Below, one piece after another: positions 1 to 10,602 of a stretch of DNA of 64,000 nucleotides; position 1 is the stretch's first letter, and every line of letters starts with the position of its first letter. The stretch covers positions 736,001 to 800,000 of the forward strand of contig OY821645.1 of assembly GCA_963682135.1 (NCBI GenBank). The letters are read 5' to 3'. Under the pieces are notes generated by a model, which searched no databases, was not told the DNA's origin, and worked only from the letters and a program-made list of their open reading frames with translations. The position numbers were made by a program, and so were the translations under genes. This DNA comes from Methanothrix sp. Its GTDB lineage: Archaea > Halobacteriota > Methanosarcinia > Methanotrichales > Methanotrichaceae.

Positions 1-337
1 TTGCCAGGAATGGATCGCTATCCCAGGCACCTTCTGCCGGCACCACATCCAGATGGGCATAGATCACCAGCGTCTTCTCTGCTCCCGCGAAAAAGTCGGC
101 GCGCAGGTTGTAGCGATCGCCCACAAGCCGCCGGTCACTGCATTTTGTCTCAAAAACCTCCTCGGGCATAACCATTTTTTGCGTGGCAAAGCCCATCCCT
201 TGAAATATAGGGACGAGCCAGTCCACGATCTCCTCATAATTACTGCCCGGAGGGGCGACTGTCTTAAAACTGATGATTTTTTTTAGCAAATCCATGAGAT
301 AATTGGCATCGGGCGATGGGATAATATCGGACATCAT
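1..337 (-). CDS. M20/ArgE-DapE family metallopeptidase, 5' part (runs off left edge)
   Basis: Own translation MMSDIIPSPDANYLMDLLKKIISFKTVAPPG...YAHLDVVPAEGAWDSDPF; HLDVVP is the M20 metal-binding motif; not in ORF track. Confidence 0.85.
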   Translation of the reverse strand, partial: MMSDIIPSPDANYLMDLLKKIISFKTVAPPGSNYEEIVDWLVPIFQGMGFATQKMVMPEEVFETKCSDRRLVGDRYNLRADFFAGAEKTLVIYAHLDVVPAEGAWDSDPFLA

Positions 338-378
338 GCATTCCTTCTATAATCTGGACTTAAATGCTTTGTGAGATC

Positions 379-1911
379 TTATGCGAGGATATTGAACAAT
401 TCGTCTCTGATCAGGCTCTTTCCATCAATTGCTTTCGGCTGAGGAATATGGAGGAGCTGCAATACCGTGGGCGCAATATCCGCCAGAATACCGTCCCCGC
501 GAAGGCCATACTTCTGGCCGTCGTTTATTATCAGCGTGAAGGGCACAGGATTGGTAGTATGAGCCGTATGCGGCTGTCCGGTTGTCAGATCGATCATCTT
601 CTCGGCATTGCCGTGATCTGCGGTGAGCAGCACAGCGCCACCCTTTTTGAGAATCTCATCTACGACTGCGCCCACGCAGCCGTCCACCACCTCAACCGCT
701 TTCACAGCAGCTTCGAATATGCCGGTGTGGCCCACCATATCGGGATTGGCAAAATTGAGAACGATAAGGTCATACTTGCCGCAATCGATGCGCCCGATCA
801 CCTCGTCCCTGACCTGCAAGGCGCTCATCTGCGGCATCAGGTCGTAGGTGGCTACTTTTGGAGAAGGTACGAGGCACCGGTCTTCTCCAGGGTTGGGCTC
901 TTCCTTTCCGCCGTTAAAAAAGTATGTGACATGAGCATATTTCTCTGTCTCGGCTATGCGTAGCTGTGTGAGGCCCGCTCTGCTGATAACCTGGCCGAGA
1001 GTGTCGTCCAGGTTTTGCGCCGGAAAGGCGATAGGCACGTTTAGCGTGGCATCGTACTGGGTCATGCAGGTGTAAAAAACCCGGATCGGTTTGGTGGCAA
1101 AGCCCTGAAATTCCTTATCCACAAAGGCTCTGGTGATCTCTCGCGCCCTGTCGGGCCGGAAATTGAAGAATATGATGCTGTCGCCATCCTGGACCAGACC
1201 CTTATCATCGACCAGGGTGGGTAGGAGAAATTCGTCATTCTCGCCTCGCAGGTAGCCGTTTTCCACAGCATCCCTGGCGGAGGCGGCCCGCAGACCAACT
1301 CCCTCGGTAAGGCAGCGATAGGCCTTCTCGACTCTCTCCCAGCGTTTGTCTCTGTCCATGGTGTAGTAGCGACCCGAGACAGTAGCCACCTTGCCAGTGC
1401 CGATCTGCCGCAGCTTCTCTTCCAGATCCTGCAAATAGGTGAGCGCGCTTCTGGGAGGCACGTCCCTGCCATCCAAAACGACGTGCACATAAACATTCAC
1501 CAGGCCCATCTTCCTGCACATCTCCAGGAGCGCGTAAAGATGGGTATTGTGGCTGTGCACTCCGCCGTCAGAGAGAAGGCCAATCAGATGAAGCCGGGAG
1601 CCTCTTGATTTTTCCATTGACCCCAGCAATACCTCGTTCTCGGCGATTGTGCCCTGCTCAACTGCCAGGCTGATTCGAGTATAGTCCTGGTAGACGATAC
1701 GACCGCCTCCTATGTTGAGATGTCCCACCTCTGAATTGCCCATCTGGCCGCGCGGCAATCCCACGGCCAGGCCCGAAGCGGCAAGAGTGGTCGTCGGGTA
1801 ATTCTTCCAGAATCGATCCAGGTTGGGCTTATGCGCCTTGGCTATGGCATTGCCCTCAACTATTGGGCTTATACCGAAGCCGTCCATGATTATGATTGCT
1901 AAGGGCTTCAT
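379..1911 (-). CDS. gpmI: 2,3-bisphosphoglycerate-independent phosphoglycerate mutase
   Basis: MDGFG, GQMGNSEVGH, SDGGVHSH, AETEKYAHVT, NPDMVGHTG, TADHGNAE motifs; 510 aa. Confidence 0.97.
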   Translation of the reverse strand: MKPLAIIIMDGFGISPIVEGNAIAKAHKPNLDRFWKNYPTTTLAASGLAVGLPRGQMGNSEVGHLNIGGGRIVYQDYTRISLAVEQGTIAENEVLLGSMEKSRGSRLHLIGLLSDGGVHSHNTHLYALLEMCRKMGLVNVYVHVVLDGRDVPPRSALTYLQDLEEKLRQIGTGKVATVSGRYYTMDRDKRWERVEKAYRCLTEGVGLRAASARDAVENGYLRGENDEFLLPTLVDDKGLVQDGDSIIFFNFRPDRAREITRAFVDKEFQGFATKPIRVFYTCMTQYDATLNVPIAFPAQNLDDTLGQVISRAGLTQLRIAETEKYAHVTYFFNGGKEEPNPGEDRCLVPSPKVATYDLMPQMSALQVRDEVIGRIDCGKYDLIVLNFANPDMVGHTGIFEAAVKAVEVVDGCVGAVVDEILKKGGAVLLTADHGNAEKMIDLTTGQPHTAHTTNPVPFTLIINDGQKYGLRGDGILADIAPTVLQLLHIPQPKAIDGKSLIRDELFNILA

Positions 1912-1940
1912 CTCAGGGTCGTATAGTAGCAGCGAATATA

Positions 1941-2585
1941 TTAGATCTGCTCTTTGAAACCCTCTTTTCCAATGAGCGGAACGAAGATCACGCCCATCTT
2001 CTCCTCAATAGAAAAACCGTTCTTTCTTGTCACCAGATAGAGATCCTGATAGTCCCGGCCCACGGGCAGGACCATCTTGCCGCCCACCTTCAGTTGCTGC
2101 TTGAGAGGCTCGGGCACCTTGGGGGCGGCGGCTGCCACGCTTATGCGATCGTAAGGTGCATGCTCCGCCAGGCCGAGGCTTCCATCAGCCTCGATCATGG
2201 TCACATTTGCTATGCCGGCACGTTCCAGATTCCACCTGGCCGCAGCCACCAGCTCCGGCTTGCGCTCCACAGAGAATACCATTCCATTGGGGCCTACCAT
2301 TTCCGCCATCACCGCGGCATGATAGCCGCTGCCGCCGCCTACCTCCAGGACGGTCATTCCCGGCTGCAGATCGAGAAGATCGCACATTATGGCTACCATG
2401 TGAGGGGCGGAGATGGTCTGGTCCAGTCCGATGGGAAGGGGTGTGTCCTCGTACGCCCGGCTCTTGAGTGCAACCGGCAGGAAGAGCTCTCTGGGAATGC
2501 GGGACATGGCTGCTATGACGGATTCTTTTACGTTGCCCCGCAGGCTGTCCAGGAGCTCTTCTCGGTTCAAAGCTCTCGACCCCAT
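1941..2585 (-). CDS. pcm: protein-L-isoaspartate O-methyltransferase
   Basis: QTISAPHMVA, VLEVGGGSGYHAAV, APYDRI, FVPLIG. Confidence 0.95.
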   Translation of the reverse strand: MGSRALNREELLDSLRGNVKESVIAAMSRIPRELFLPVALKSRAYEDTPLPIGLDQTISAPHMVAIMCDLLDLQPGMTVLEVGGGSGYHAAVMAEMVGPNGMVFSVERKPELVAAARWNLERAGIANVTMIEADGSLGLAEHAPYDRISVAAAAPKVPEPLKQQLKVGGKMVLPVGRDYQDLYLVTRKNGFSIEEKMGVIFVPLIGKEGFKEQI

Positions 2586-3130
2586 ACCCTCTGTATGTCT
2601 TTGGCTTCGGCCATATCGGCAAAGCCTTCGCCGCGCAGCTTCATCTTAACGATGACGAATTTGAAGCCTTCCACTTTTCTGGCTTCCCCAACTTCAAAGA
2701 CCTCATCGCCGGCTACGTTGATTTTGAGCGAATGAGTCTTGCCGTTTCGATAGACGGAGATTTTAAGGGGCACATTATCCGTGGCCCGGGCCCAGACAGT
2801 CAATACCTTCTCAGCCGGAGCGCTGCTGACCCTGCGATCGGTCTCCAGAGATGCGATCTCTGTCATGACCACATCTTTAGAAGGATCGTCCACCAGGAGT
2901 TCATCTCCGACGCACAGCATCTCTTTAGCCGGGATTTTGATGTAGTATGGCGAAGATTGCTCGTCGTCGCTCACAATGACTTTGAGATTGACCAGCCGCT
3001 CGCGTTCTACCTGAACGGAATGAACCGTCTCGCACTCAACACAGCGCACTAGATTCTCCTGGCCGGATTTGATCAATGTATGCTCTGTATCGGCACCACA
3101 GGTAGGACAGAAGATCTGATCATCAAGCAT
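2567..3130 (-). CDS. archaeal zinc-finger protein (HVO_0476-like)
   Basis: CPTC...CVEC N-terminal Zn ribbon; typical neighbour of pcm in Euryarchaeota. Confidence 0.8.
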   Translation of the reverse strand: MLDDQIFCPTCGADTEHTLIKSGQENLVRCVECETVHSVQVERERLVNLKVIVSDDEQSSPYYIKIPAKEMLCVGDELLVDDPSKDVVMTEIASLETDRRVSSAPAEKVLTVWARATDNVPLKISVYRNGKTHSLKINVAGDEVFEVGEARKVEGFKFVIVKMKLRGEGFADMAEAKDIQRVWGREL

Positions 3131-3307
3131 AGCATAATATTATTCCACAGAGTATTTAAAGTATGGCGGCCTGCCGCTCACTTCTCCCGTCCGGCGGCGC
3201 AGATGATGCCAGGCAAAGCCGGAGTTGATTGATTTTTTAGATTTCACAAGAATCGCATATTTTTAGAGAGGGAAAAATTTTTTAATGAAGACAGAATATC
3301 AGTACGT

Positions 3308-3517
3308 ATGAAAGAAGTTATTAAAGAGAATGACCATTCCCCGGATCACGGGATGGACGAATGCTGCAACATTGCCGAGAGCATGATCGAGGAGATTCAT
3401 CAGATCGCATTGCCTGGTTTTTCCATGTCCGCCTCAGCTAACGGAAGGCATAAGGGCTCGCTTAAAGAAAGGCTTCTTCGCCAGATAAAAGCGGCGAGAA
3501 AGGTGGCGATGGTATGA
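3308..3517 (+). CDS. small hypothetical protein
   Basis: 69-aa ATG ORF after an AT-rich promoter-like stretch; no motif. Confidence 0.4.
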   Translation: MKEVIKENDHSPDHGMDECCNIAESMIEEIHQIALPGFSMSASANGRHKGSLKERLLRQIKAARKVAMV

Positions 3518-3646
3518 TTATCAGGATATATCAGGATAATTCTCCCAGGATCAAAAATTCAAATCGATAAAAATTATTTTTAGTATGTAAGGCGCATTTT
3601 TAATTACGCGAAAACTATTTATATTAATCTAGTTACTAATTTAGTT

Positions 3647-4336
3647 GTGGACACTGACTCTAAAGCCTGTTCTATCCCGCAATCGTGCTCTGAGGTGGAG
3701 GTAGACCTCAAGAGGCTGGACCGCATGCTTCAGGCAGCCCACCGAAGTTCTATCGACATAAAAGATAGCTACGATTTTTACGTTCTGGCTCTAAAGGAGT
3801 TTAATAAAGAAAACCTCTCCGAGTCGTACCTTTACTGCGATCGGGCCAAGTACGAGCTTACCTCGGCCATCAACGATGCCAAGATCAAGATCAAAGGCTC
3901 CCGATTTCACAGCCTGAGGACCCTCTCCTACTTCTTCAAGCTCTACGGGCTTTATGCCGTGTTCTTTGCGGCTATCGCCACCGTGCTCTTCAGCTTCCTG
4001 ATCACCAGATTCTCAGAGATAAGCGTTCTGGGCGTGCCCCTCTGGTCCTCGTTCTTCGCGGGCCTGGGCTCCTCGGCCCAGATACTGACGGGAATTGCCG
4101 ACGACCTGCGCCGCTATGGCATGGCCTCGCGCTACAAGAGGCTCTGGTACATGGCATTGCCGCTACTGGCCATGGTATTCGGCTACATGGCCTATCTCTT
4201 TGTCAGCTCCGGCTTCATTGCCCAGGACGGCGGCACAGAGAGCCGGGAGTTTTCCATCATGTTCGTCTGCTTCCTGACCGGGTTTCTCACCAAGTGGTTG
4301 ATCGGCAGGCTGTCGCGAATGTCAAGGGATATTTGA
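3647..4336 (+). CDS. membrane protein (soluble helical N-terminus plus about 4 TM helices)
   Basis: Hydrophobic segments in C-terminal half; ordinary codon usage. Confidence 0.75.
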   Translation: MDTDSKACSIPQSCSEVEVDLKRLDRMLQAAHRSSIDIKDSYDFYVLALKEFNKENLSESYLYCDRAKYELTSAINDAKIKIKGSRFHSLRTLSYFFKLYGLYAVFFAAIATVLFSFLITRFSEISVLGVPLWSSFFAGLGSSAQILTGIADDLRRYGMASRYKRLWYMALPLLAMVFGYMAYLFVSSGFIAQDGGTESREFSIMFVCFLTGFLTKWLIGRLSRMSRDI

Positions 4337-4452
4337 ATTTGCGCCGTTCGGATTTAGTCTATTTTTGGATTCCTGGCTGGTTTTCTGATCGCTATCTTTT
4401 TGAGAGTCCAATACACACTCACTTCAGGTTCAGGGAAAAGAGTGATTGGAAT

Positions 4453-4683
4453 ATGTCCTACGGCAAGATTCTTATGAAGGAAGGCGAGACGGTGGTTTCG
4501 ATTGAGCTTTAAGATGCGGAAAGCTATCGAGGAATTCTAGGGTTCATGGATGAGCTGAAGAGGAAGTTCAGCGAGAACATGGCTTTAATCGAGCAGATCG
4601 CCAGGAACTCCCACGTCGAATATGTGAAGAGCCTGCCCAAAGAGCTTAAGCTTGACTTTGGTTGCATTCTGATTCATGGCTAA
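4453..4683 (+). pseudogene. small gene interrupted by in-frame TAA and cut at island boundary
   Basis: MSYGKILMKEGETVVSIEL*DAESYRGILGFMDELKRKFSENMALIEQIARNSHVEYVKSLPKELKLDF continues in frame past TAA at 4510-4512. Confidence 0.5.
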
Positions 4684-5662
4684 GCTAACGTTAGATTATA
4701 TTAGGAGCAACAAAGTTGCAAGTCTTATGGATCGCGAATATAGGAATACTGCTCTAACTATTATCGGTGCTATAATTATTTCTTTAATTATATCGCTTGC
4801 ATTAACGGTTTCCGTGGTCCCGACTTATCTTCATGCGACCAACAGAGCAGTTAACATCTTTGACTTTTATGATCGTATTGAATATAATAATATATATTTT
4901 ATTGGATCTAGTCAGATCGGCTCTGATGTCGATCCCCGCATGATAGGGCAGGATGTATATAATTTAGGATCGTCGGGTGACACTCCTTTACGAAGGTTGA
5001 TTGAGCTGAATCAGCTCATAAAAACCGAACCCAAAACCGTTATAATCGGATTGTCTTATTTTGGGCTAAACGACTCATCAGTGATCGTCCTACAAGGAGA
5101 TTATATTGCACCAGTAGCAGATAAAATCAAATTGAATTCAAGTTCAAGAGAATTTTTTACTGAAGAAGAATTAAAACTAATTGACGCAAATCCAATTCAT
5201 TATAATAGAAAATTCATCCGTAATGTACTTGGTCAGCGTATTGGACTTAGTCAGGGTAGACTGAGCTCCTGGAATGTGACCAATTTTACCATACCTGAAA
5301 ATCATGCACACAACTGTACTTACGAGGAACTTATTGAAAAGCTTAAAGACGAAATACAGATAGATGGTTTTGTGGTGTCAGAAAAAGACTGTGGACAAAA
5401 GAATGCATTAAATTACACAATCTGCGAATTGCAAAAAACTGGCATACAGGTAATGGTTATCAATATGCCATTGAACTCACTTCTTTCGGCAAAGATCTCA
5501 AATGATACAAGAAAGAACTATTTCAATTTCTTAAATTATACGGGTGTTAAATATTATGATTTTGAGACGTCCTGCTCGGATGAGTATTTTGCAGACCTTA
5601 CCCATCTAAACAATGCGGGTAGAAAGCATTTTACGGAGCTATTATGTCCAATCGTTCAATAG
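4676..5662 (+). CDS. membrane-anchored SGNH-like (DltD/AlgJ/PatB-type) acyltransferase partner
   Basis: N-terminal TM helix, GSS nucleophile (FIGSSQ), C-terminal DxxH (FADLTHLN); overlaps MBOAT gene. Confidence 0.75.
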   Translation: MAKLTLDYIRSNKVASLMDREYRNTALTIIGAIIISLIISLALTVSVVPTYLHATNRAVNIFDFYDRIEYNNIYFIGSSQIGSDVDPRMIGQDVYNLGSSGDTPLRRLIELNQLIKTEPKTVIIGLSYFGLNDSSVIVLQGDYIAPVADKIKLNSSSREFFTEEELKLIDANPIHYNRKFIRNVLGQRIGLSQGRLSSWNVTNFTIPENHAHNCTYEELIEKLKDEIQIDGFVVSEKDCGQKNALNYTICELQKTGIQVMVINMPLNSLLSAKISNDTRKNYFNFLNYTGVKYYDFETSCSDEYFADLTHLNNAGRKHFTELLCPIVQ

Positions 5663-6915
5663 CTTTCTTCTTACTGTTGGTTAGCTATGCTTTCTATTGG
5701 GGCATTGCTGGAAATTATATAGCGTGTCTTATATTTGTATCTATGCTCACGTGGTATTGCGGAAGAAAAATTAACCGACATCCTGAGTGCAAGAATGGAT
5801 ATCTATATCTTGCAATATTTGGAGCTATTGGACAGTTAGTATTATTTAAATTTAGTGGAATTCTCCCATCTATTCCGCTTGGTCTATCATTCTATACATT
5901 AGCAAGTATTACTTATGTGTTCGATATATATAGGGGCAAATTAGGACCCGCTCACTCTATTTGGGAATATGCTCTTTTTGTATCCTTTTTCCCTTTGATA
6001 ACATCAGGACCGATAGCACGTGCAAGAGAATTATTGCCCCAATTCAACGCTATGGCTCTAAGATCTGAAGATCTGCGTTATGGTGCGACCTTAATAGCAA
6101 TTGGACTTGTCAAAAAATTTGCTTTAGCAGATAATATAGCAATCTACTTAGATCCTTTCTTTCTAAATCCACAAAATCATGACTCCGCCGCTATCATCCT
6201 AGCTATATTTGCCTTTGGTATACAGCTTTACTTGGATTTCTCAGGATATAGTGACATCGCCATAGGCAGTGCCAGGGTATTGGGGTTCAAGATACCACCT
6301 AACTTCAATATCCCCTACCTAGCCGCAAATCCGTCTGAGTTCTGGCATCGGTGGAATATCTCATTATCCTCTTTCCTTAGAGATTATCTATACATCCCAT
6401 TAGGTGGAAACCGAAAGGGCAATCTGAGGACTTATCTGAATATGATCCTTACAATGGTCCTCTGTGGTCTCTGGCATGGGGCTACCTGGAACTTTGTTAT
6501 TTGGGGAGCATATCATGGAGGACTCCTGACCGCCCACAGATTAATTGGCGATAGCTTAGGAAATAGGTTTAAAGATCGTTTTTGGGCGATCCCTAAAGTT
6601 TTTGCAACGCAGTATTTTGTTTTCTTAGGTTGGCTATTTTTCCGCATAAGTGATTTAGACAACTTGACTTTTTGCTTGAGTAAATTCTTATTCTTCGATA
6701 TCAGCGATTTTATGCGGTTTAGTAAGATATTTCTATTGACCCCAATTATACTGCTTATAATATTATATAAAGATAAGATACTTTCAATAGATTGGATTAA
6801 AATGATCACCTTATTTAAATTAAGATACTGGATCCTTTTCTTGATTACTGCGATTTTATTAGTGATATTGCTTGCCCCAAGTTCTCATCCGACTTTCATA
6901 TATCAAGCATTTTAA
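5644..6915 (+). CDS. MBOAT family O-acyltransferase (AlgI/PatA/DltB-like)
   Basis: PLGLSFYT, DFSGYSDIAIG, FWHRWNISLS.FLRDYLYIPLGG, GLWHGA. Confidence 0.95.
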   Translation: MSNRSIAFFLLLVSYAFYWGIAGNYIACLIFVSMLTWYCGRKINRHPECKNGYLYLAIFGAIGQLVLFKFSGILPSIPLGLSFYTLASITYVFDIYRGKLGPAHSIWEYALFVSFFPLITSGPIARARELLPQFNAMALRSEDLRYGATLIAIGLVKKFALADNIAIYLDPFFLNPQNHDSAAIILAIFAFGIQLYLDFSGYSDIAIGSARVLGFKIPPNFNIPYLAANPSEFWHRWNISLSSFLRDYLYIPLGGNRKGNLRTYLNMILTMVLCGLWHGATWNFVIWGAYHGGLLTAHRLIGDSLGNRFKDRFWAIPKVFATQYFVFLGWLFFRISDLDNLTFCLSKFLFFDISDFMRFSKIFLLTPIILLIILYKDKILSIDWIKMITLFKLRYWILFLITAILLVILLAPSSHPTFIYQAF

Positions 6916-6926
6916 AAAATTTAAAT

Positions 6927-7922
6927 CTAGCACGGCACCGCCACGTAGATGTTGTGCTTGTTGCTCACAATCTGCACCCGCACGCTGCCCTGCTTGATGG
7001 AGCAGTCCATCACCGAGACCACCCGGTTTTTGGCGACGCCCAGCATCTCCCCGCTCACCCAGCCGGGGGCCTTGATCTCCACCCATGTCTTCTCCTTCTT
7101 CTCAAAAACCGTGGGGATAGTGGGCCGCTTCTCAATCTTGAAATCCTGGGCCTTGAGGCGGAGCGGTATGGAGAACTGCTTCTCCCACCCGGCCATGCTG
7201 CGATTGTAAAACTGCCACCAGTTCTGGGCCTTGACCTTGCCTGGCGAGCGGCCCAGCCGGTAGTGCTCAAACTTCTGGATGCCTAGAGGTGGCCACCTCT
7301 TTCCCGCCCCGATCTGCTGGGCGAAACGGATCAGCTCCGGCATATCCTCGTCGTTTATGCCCGGAATCAAGACCGGCGCAATTAGAAGGCCGATCTTGCT
7401 CTGCGCAATGCTCTTTGCTGCCTGCTTTATCTTCTCGATGTCAAAGCCGGGCATGCCCGCCAGGAAGGCGGCCTTCTCCGGCTGCAGAGAATGAATGGAG
7501 AGGTTGATCCGGTCCAGGCCGGCCTCTTCCAGGGCAGCGATTCGATCTTCATCGAGCAGGGTGCCGTTGCTCTGCATGGAGACGACGCTGACCTCTTTTA
7601 TGGCCTTGAGCTGCTTGACCAACGGCACGATATCCGGGTAAAGCATGGGCTCGCCCGGCGAGTCGATGTGGCACTCCACCCCCGGCCCTTTGAAGGGGGC
7701 GATCTCCTCCACCGCCTCCATTAGATAGTCCAGCTCCACCTGGTAGTCTGTGACTCGCGAGCGGCTGTGCGGGCCGGCATCCACTGAACAGAAGGGGCAG
7801 CTCAGGTTGCAGCCACAGCTCGGCCTGATCTGCAGAAGGCTGCTGCCCCGGTCGACCACGCCGAAGTAGATGCACCCCACCAGAGGGATGCCCGATTGAC
7901 GAGTTATGTGAAAGAGAGACAT
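6927..7922 (-). CDS. radical SAM protein with C-terminal TRAM-like domain
   Basis: CNLSCPFC, GEPMLYP, QSNG. Confidence 0.9.
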   Translation of the reverse strand: MSLFHITRQSGIPLVGCIYFGVVDRGSSLLQIRPSCGCNLSCPFCSVDAGPHSRSRVTDYQVELDYLMEAVEEIAPFKGPGVECHIDSPGEPMLYPDIVPLVKQLKAIKEVSVVSMQSNGTLLDEDRIAALEEAGLDRINLSIHSLQPEKAAFLAGMPGFDIEKIKQAAKSIAQSKIGLLIAPVLIPGINDEDMPELIRFAQQIGAGKRWPPLGIQKFEHYRLGRSPGKVKAQNWWQFYNRSMAGWEKQFSIPLRLKAQDFKIEKRPTIPTVFEKKEKTWVEIKAPGWVSGEMLGVAKNRVVSVMDCSIKQGSVRVQIVSNKHNIYVAVPC

Positions 7923-8030
7923 TTGAGATCCTTTGCAGCTATGAGGTTTTTACTCCCGGCTTTTATGGCTTTGCTATTGACTGATGGATCGGGTAGGGAA
8001 ATGGAAATCAATAGGAATTACAGGTGCCGG

Positions 8031-8741
8031 TTAAGATCTCCGTCCGTACGGGCAGACAAAAAGGCACATTCCGCACACTCCATACCCCGTCTTCTCTTCC
8101 AGATCCTTCAGGTACCTCTCGCACTTTCGGGCATCATATCTTGCCTCCCGCGGCTCATCTTCCCGGAAGGGCCGTCCGGTGAACGCAAACTGCGGGCAGA
8201 TTTCCACGCACTTTCGACATTCTCCGCAGCGCTCCGCCATTGCATAGCCCGTCGCTTCTAGCGGCGCGTCGGTCAGCACCGTAGCCCAGCGCACGCGCGG
8301 CCCCGCTTCTGGAGTGATAAGCAGGCAGCTCTTGCCGATCCAGCCAAGACCTGCCAGATGCGCAGCAAGCTTATGAGAGAATATGGCGGCCACTCGCTCA
8401 TCTACCACGGCACGCTTTGAGGCGGGAATTGGCAAGGCCCGGTAACCCTGGCGCTGCAACAAACTGCTGAGACGCAGGGCGATGGTGTCCAAAAGGCCGT
8501 TTACTGTGTCATAAGCGTGGTGCTTGTATTCCATCGCCACCGCCTTTTCGCTCCTTTCAGGAAGCTGGTCCACGATTGGGTTAAGCAGGGCAATTCCTAT
8601 GGAAACGGCCCTGGGATACTGGGCCAGACTCTCTTTGCCCTGCCACGCGATGAAATCATGGGCCGGCGCAAGATCTGCCACACCAAAGAAATCTGCGCCC
8701 CAATCCTCAGCGATCGCACGAATCTTGGAATCCAACTGCAT
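8031..8741 (-). CDS. epoxyqueuosine-reductase-like (QueG family) 4Fe-4S protein
   Basis: [40 protein letters not shown]. Confidence 0.85.
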   Translation of the reverse strand: MQLDSKIRAIAEDWGADFFGVADLAPAHDFIAWQGKESLAQYPRAVSIGIALLNPIVDQLPERSEKAVAMEYKHHAYDTVNGLLDTIALRLSSLLQRQGYRALPIPASKRAVVDERVAAIFSHKLAAHLAGLGWIGKSCLLITPEAGPRVRWATVLTDAPLEATGYAMAERCGECRKCVEICPQFAFTGRPFREDEPREARYDARKCERYLKDLEEKTGYGVCGMCLFVCPYGRRS

Positions 8742-8774
8742 AGCTTGATAATTCCTCCATAGCTCAATAAATCG

Positions 8775-9212
8775 TCAGTCGGGCAGCCCACTATTCGAGG
8801 TCCTCTCTAGCTCGACCTCGTTTTCCCTGCACCATTCACGCAGGGTATCCTCCTCACGGCGGCTTTCGAAATCGTACCAGCTCTGCAAAAGGTCCCTATG
8901 CTCCAGAAGGTCTTTGAACCTGCGGTAGGCGCCGCGTCTGCTGAAGATCTCCTGGACGCGGCCTAAGTCGTCCGGCATCTGCTGCTCAACAAATTCGGCG
9001 ACAAGCTCCTGGCCTAAATCAAGCTCATTCTTGTGGGGGATCACCAGAAAATTGTCGCAGTCGAATTTGTCTTCATCCAGCTCATCGAAGACTCCGTCTT
9101 CAGAATGGTAAAATATCTCACCATTGTCCAGGCAGAGTAGCGCTCTATTCATCCCGTATCCGTCTGAACTGACGAATAGGAATGCATCATGAATCTCGTC
9201 GAAGGTGGCCAT
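8775..9212 (-). CDS. UPF0158-like protein
   Basis: GAYRRFKDLL...WYDF...EWC C-terminal signature. Confidence 0.75.
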   Translation of the reverse strand: MATFDEIHDAFLFVSSDGYGMNRALLCLDNGEIFYHSEDGVFDELDEDKFDCDNFLVIPHKNELDLGQELVAEFVEQQMPDDLGRVQEIFSRRGAYRRFKDLLEHRDLLQSWYDFESRREEDTLREWCRENEVELERTSNSGLPD

Positions 9213-9227
9213 GTTTCACCTCTGAGT

Positions 9228-9578
9228 TTACAGTCCCATTATTCTCTCCAGCTCAGCCTTTCTGATCTGAAGGTCTCTCAGTCGTTGTTCAATTTCAGCG
9301 ATCTCTTTCTTGATCTTAGGCAGCTCAATTTTGCCTTTGGCTTTCGCCAGGTATTCTGCACCCAGCTCTGCCGCAATGTACTCTTCAAGCTGGCGTCTCA
9401 GAACCTTGATAAATGAATTTCCCCAAACAGAGGCGTAACGGCATTCAAGCTTGCCGGTCTCAATCCCTTTTATGGTAAAATCCTGATCTACCTTGTACTC
9501 TTTGCGTGCCGTTTTATCGCTGAGCGTGGCGCCCTTTCGATTCCATTCACCGTATTCGGCCATTTTATCCTTAATCAA
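9228..9578 (-). CDS. hypothetical protein with C-terminal coiled coil
   Basis: 116-aa ORF co-oriented and closely packed with neighbours. Confidence 0.7.
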   Translation of the reverse strand: MIKDKMAEYGEWNRKGATLSDKTARKEYKVDQDFTIKGIETGKLECRYASVWGNSFIKVLRRQLEEYIAAELGAEYLAKAKGKIELPKIKKEIAEIEQRLRDLQIRKAELERIMGL

Positions 9579-9596
9579 TATGTCTTCTTGAAGGCA

Positions 9597-10382
9597 TCAA
9601 GCCGTAATCGTGCCCTCCAGATAAAGAGCTGCTCTTCCGAATATTTTTACGCGGTCGCCTGCATTGGTGCAGAATAGCTCGCCGCCTCTCTTCGAGAGCT
9701 GAAATGCATGGAGATCGTTCTTGCCAAGCACTCCTGCCCAATAAGGAGCCAGAACACAGTGGCTGGAGCCTGTCACCGGGTCTTCAGGCACTCCAATTCG
9801 GGGCGCAAAGAAGCGTGATACGAAGTCGCATTTATCTCCACTGGCTGTAACAATGATGCCGCGACAGGCTATCCTGGCCAGGGCGGGAAAATCGGGCTGC
9901 ACAACTCTTACGGCCTTCTCGCTGTCCAGCAAAACAAGCAAATCCTCTACCGAAGAGAGCGTCTCTTTGGGTGTGACTCCCAAGGCATCGTCAAGCCCGG
10001 CGGGAGGGCTTATGGCATGAGAAGCTATTGCGGGAAAGTTCATTTCCAGGAGATCTCCATTCCTTTTCACCTCAAGCCCTCCGCTCCAGCGTGTTTGAAA
10101 TCTGATGCTTTCCTGGGGCCATTTCCGGCAATTGAAGAGAACAAAAGCGCTCGCCAATGTGGCATGGCCGCAAAGCGTGACCTCTGTGAGAGGAGTGAAC
10201 CATCTGATGTCAAAACCTATGGCATTGCGGACCAAAAAAGCCGTTTCAGAGAGGTTGTTCTCAGCAGCCATGGCCTGTAGAAGCTGGTCATCAAGCCAGC
10301 AATCCAGGATGCATACTGCGGCGGGGTTGCCGGAAAAGACCTCGGAGGTGAAGGCATCGACATGGTATAACGGTATTCTCAT
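9597..10382 (-). CDS. PhzF family epimerase
   Basis: VDAFT..GNPAAV, NLSETAF, LCGHATLA, EDPVTGS; likely start MRIPLY at 10382. Confidence 0.93.
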   Translation of the reverse strand: MRIPLYHVDAFTSEVFSGNPAAVCILDCWLDDQLLQAMAAENNLSETAFLVRNAIGFDIRWFTPLTEVTLCGHATLASAFVLFNCRKWPQESIRFQTRWSGGLEVKRNGDLLEMNFPAIASHAISPPAGLDDALGVTPKETLSSVEDLLVLLDSEKAVRVVQPDFPALARIACRGIIVTASGDKCDFVSRFFAPRIGVPEDPVTGSSHCVLAPYWAGVLGKNDLHAFQLSKRGGELFCTNAGDRVKIFGRAALYLEGTITA

Positions 10383-10401
10383 AGACTCATTTCCAGGACG
10401 A

Positions 10402-10545
10402 TCAAACTCTCGAACTCGCATTCTCTCTTATCTTCTTGGAATCAGCCTCAATCTTATCCAGCAATGGACTGTCCTTGAGGGCTCCGAAGTACTCGGATAG
10501 ATCTATTTTCTCCTTCTTGAGCAGCCTTTCCATGACATTGGTATT
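10402..10545 (-). pseudogene. C-terminal fragment of VapB/DUF217-like antitoxin
   Basis: NVMERLLKKEKIDLSEYFGALKDS...KKIRE resembles archaeal DUF217 antitoxin tails; N-terminus and toxin absent. Confidence 0.5.
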
Positions 10546-10602
10546 GGATGCCATGTATCTGTGTATGCATGACAGATATATAGTATTTTCATCTTTGAAT
10601 TG

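Noticed and set aside
364-2735. Numerous overlapping ORFs in the track here and throughout the window (e.g. 364..963, 1896..2735, 27852..28736, 45362..46258)
   Set aside because: Antisense or alternate-frame shadows of well-supported genes, with no motifs.
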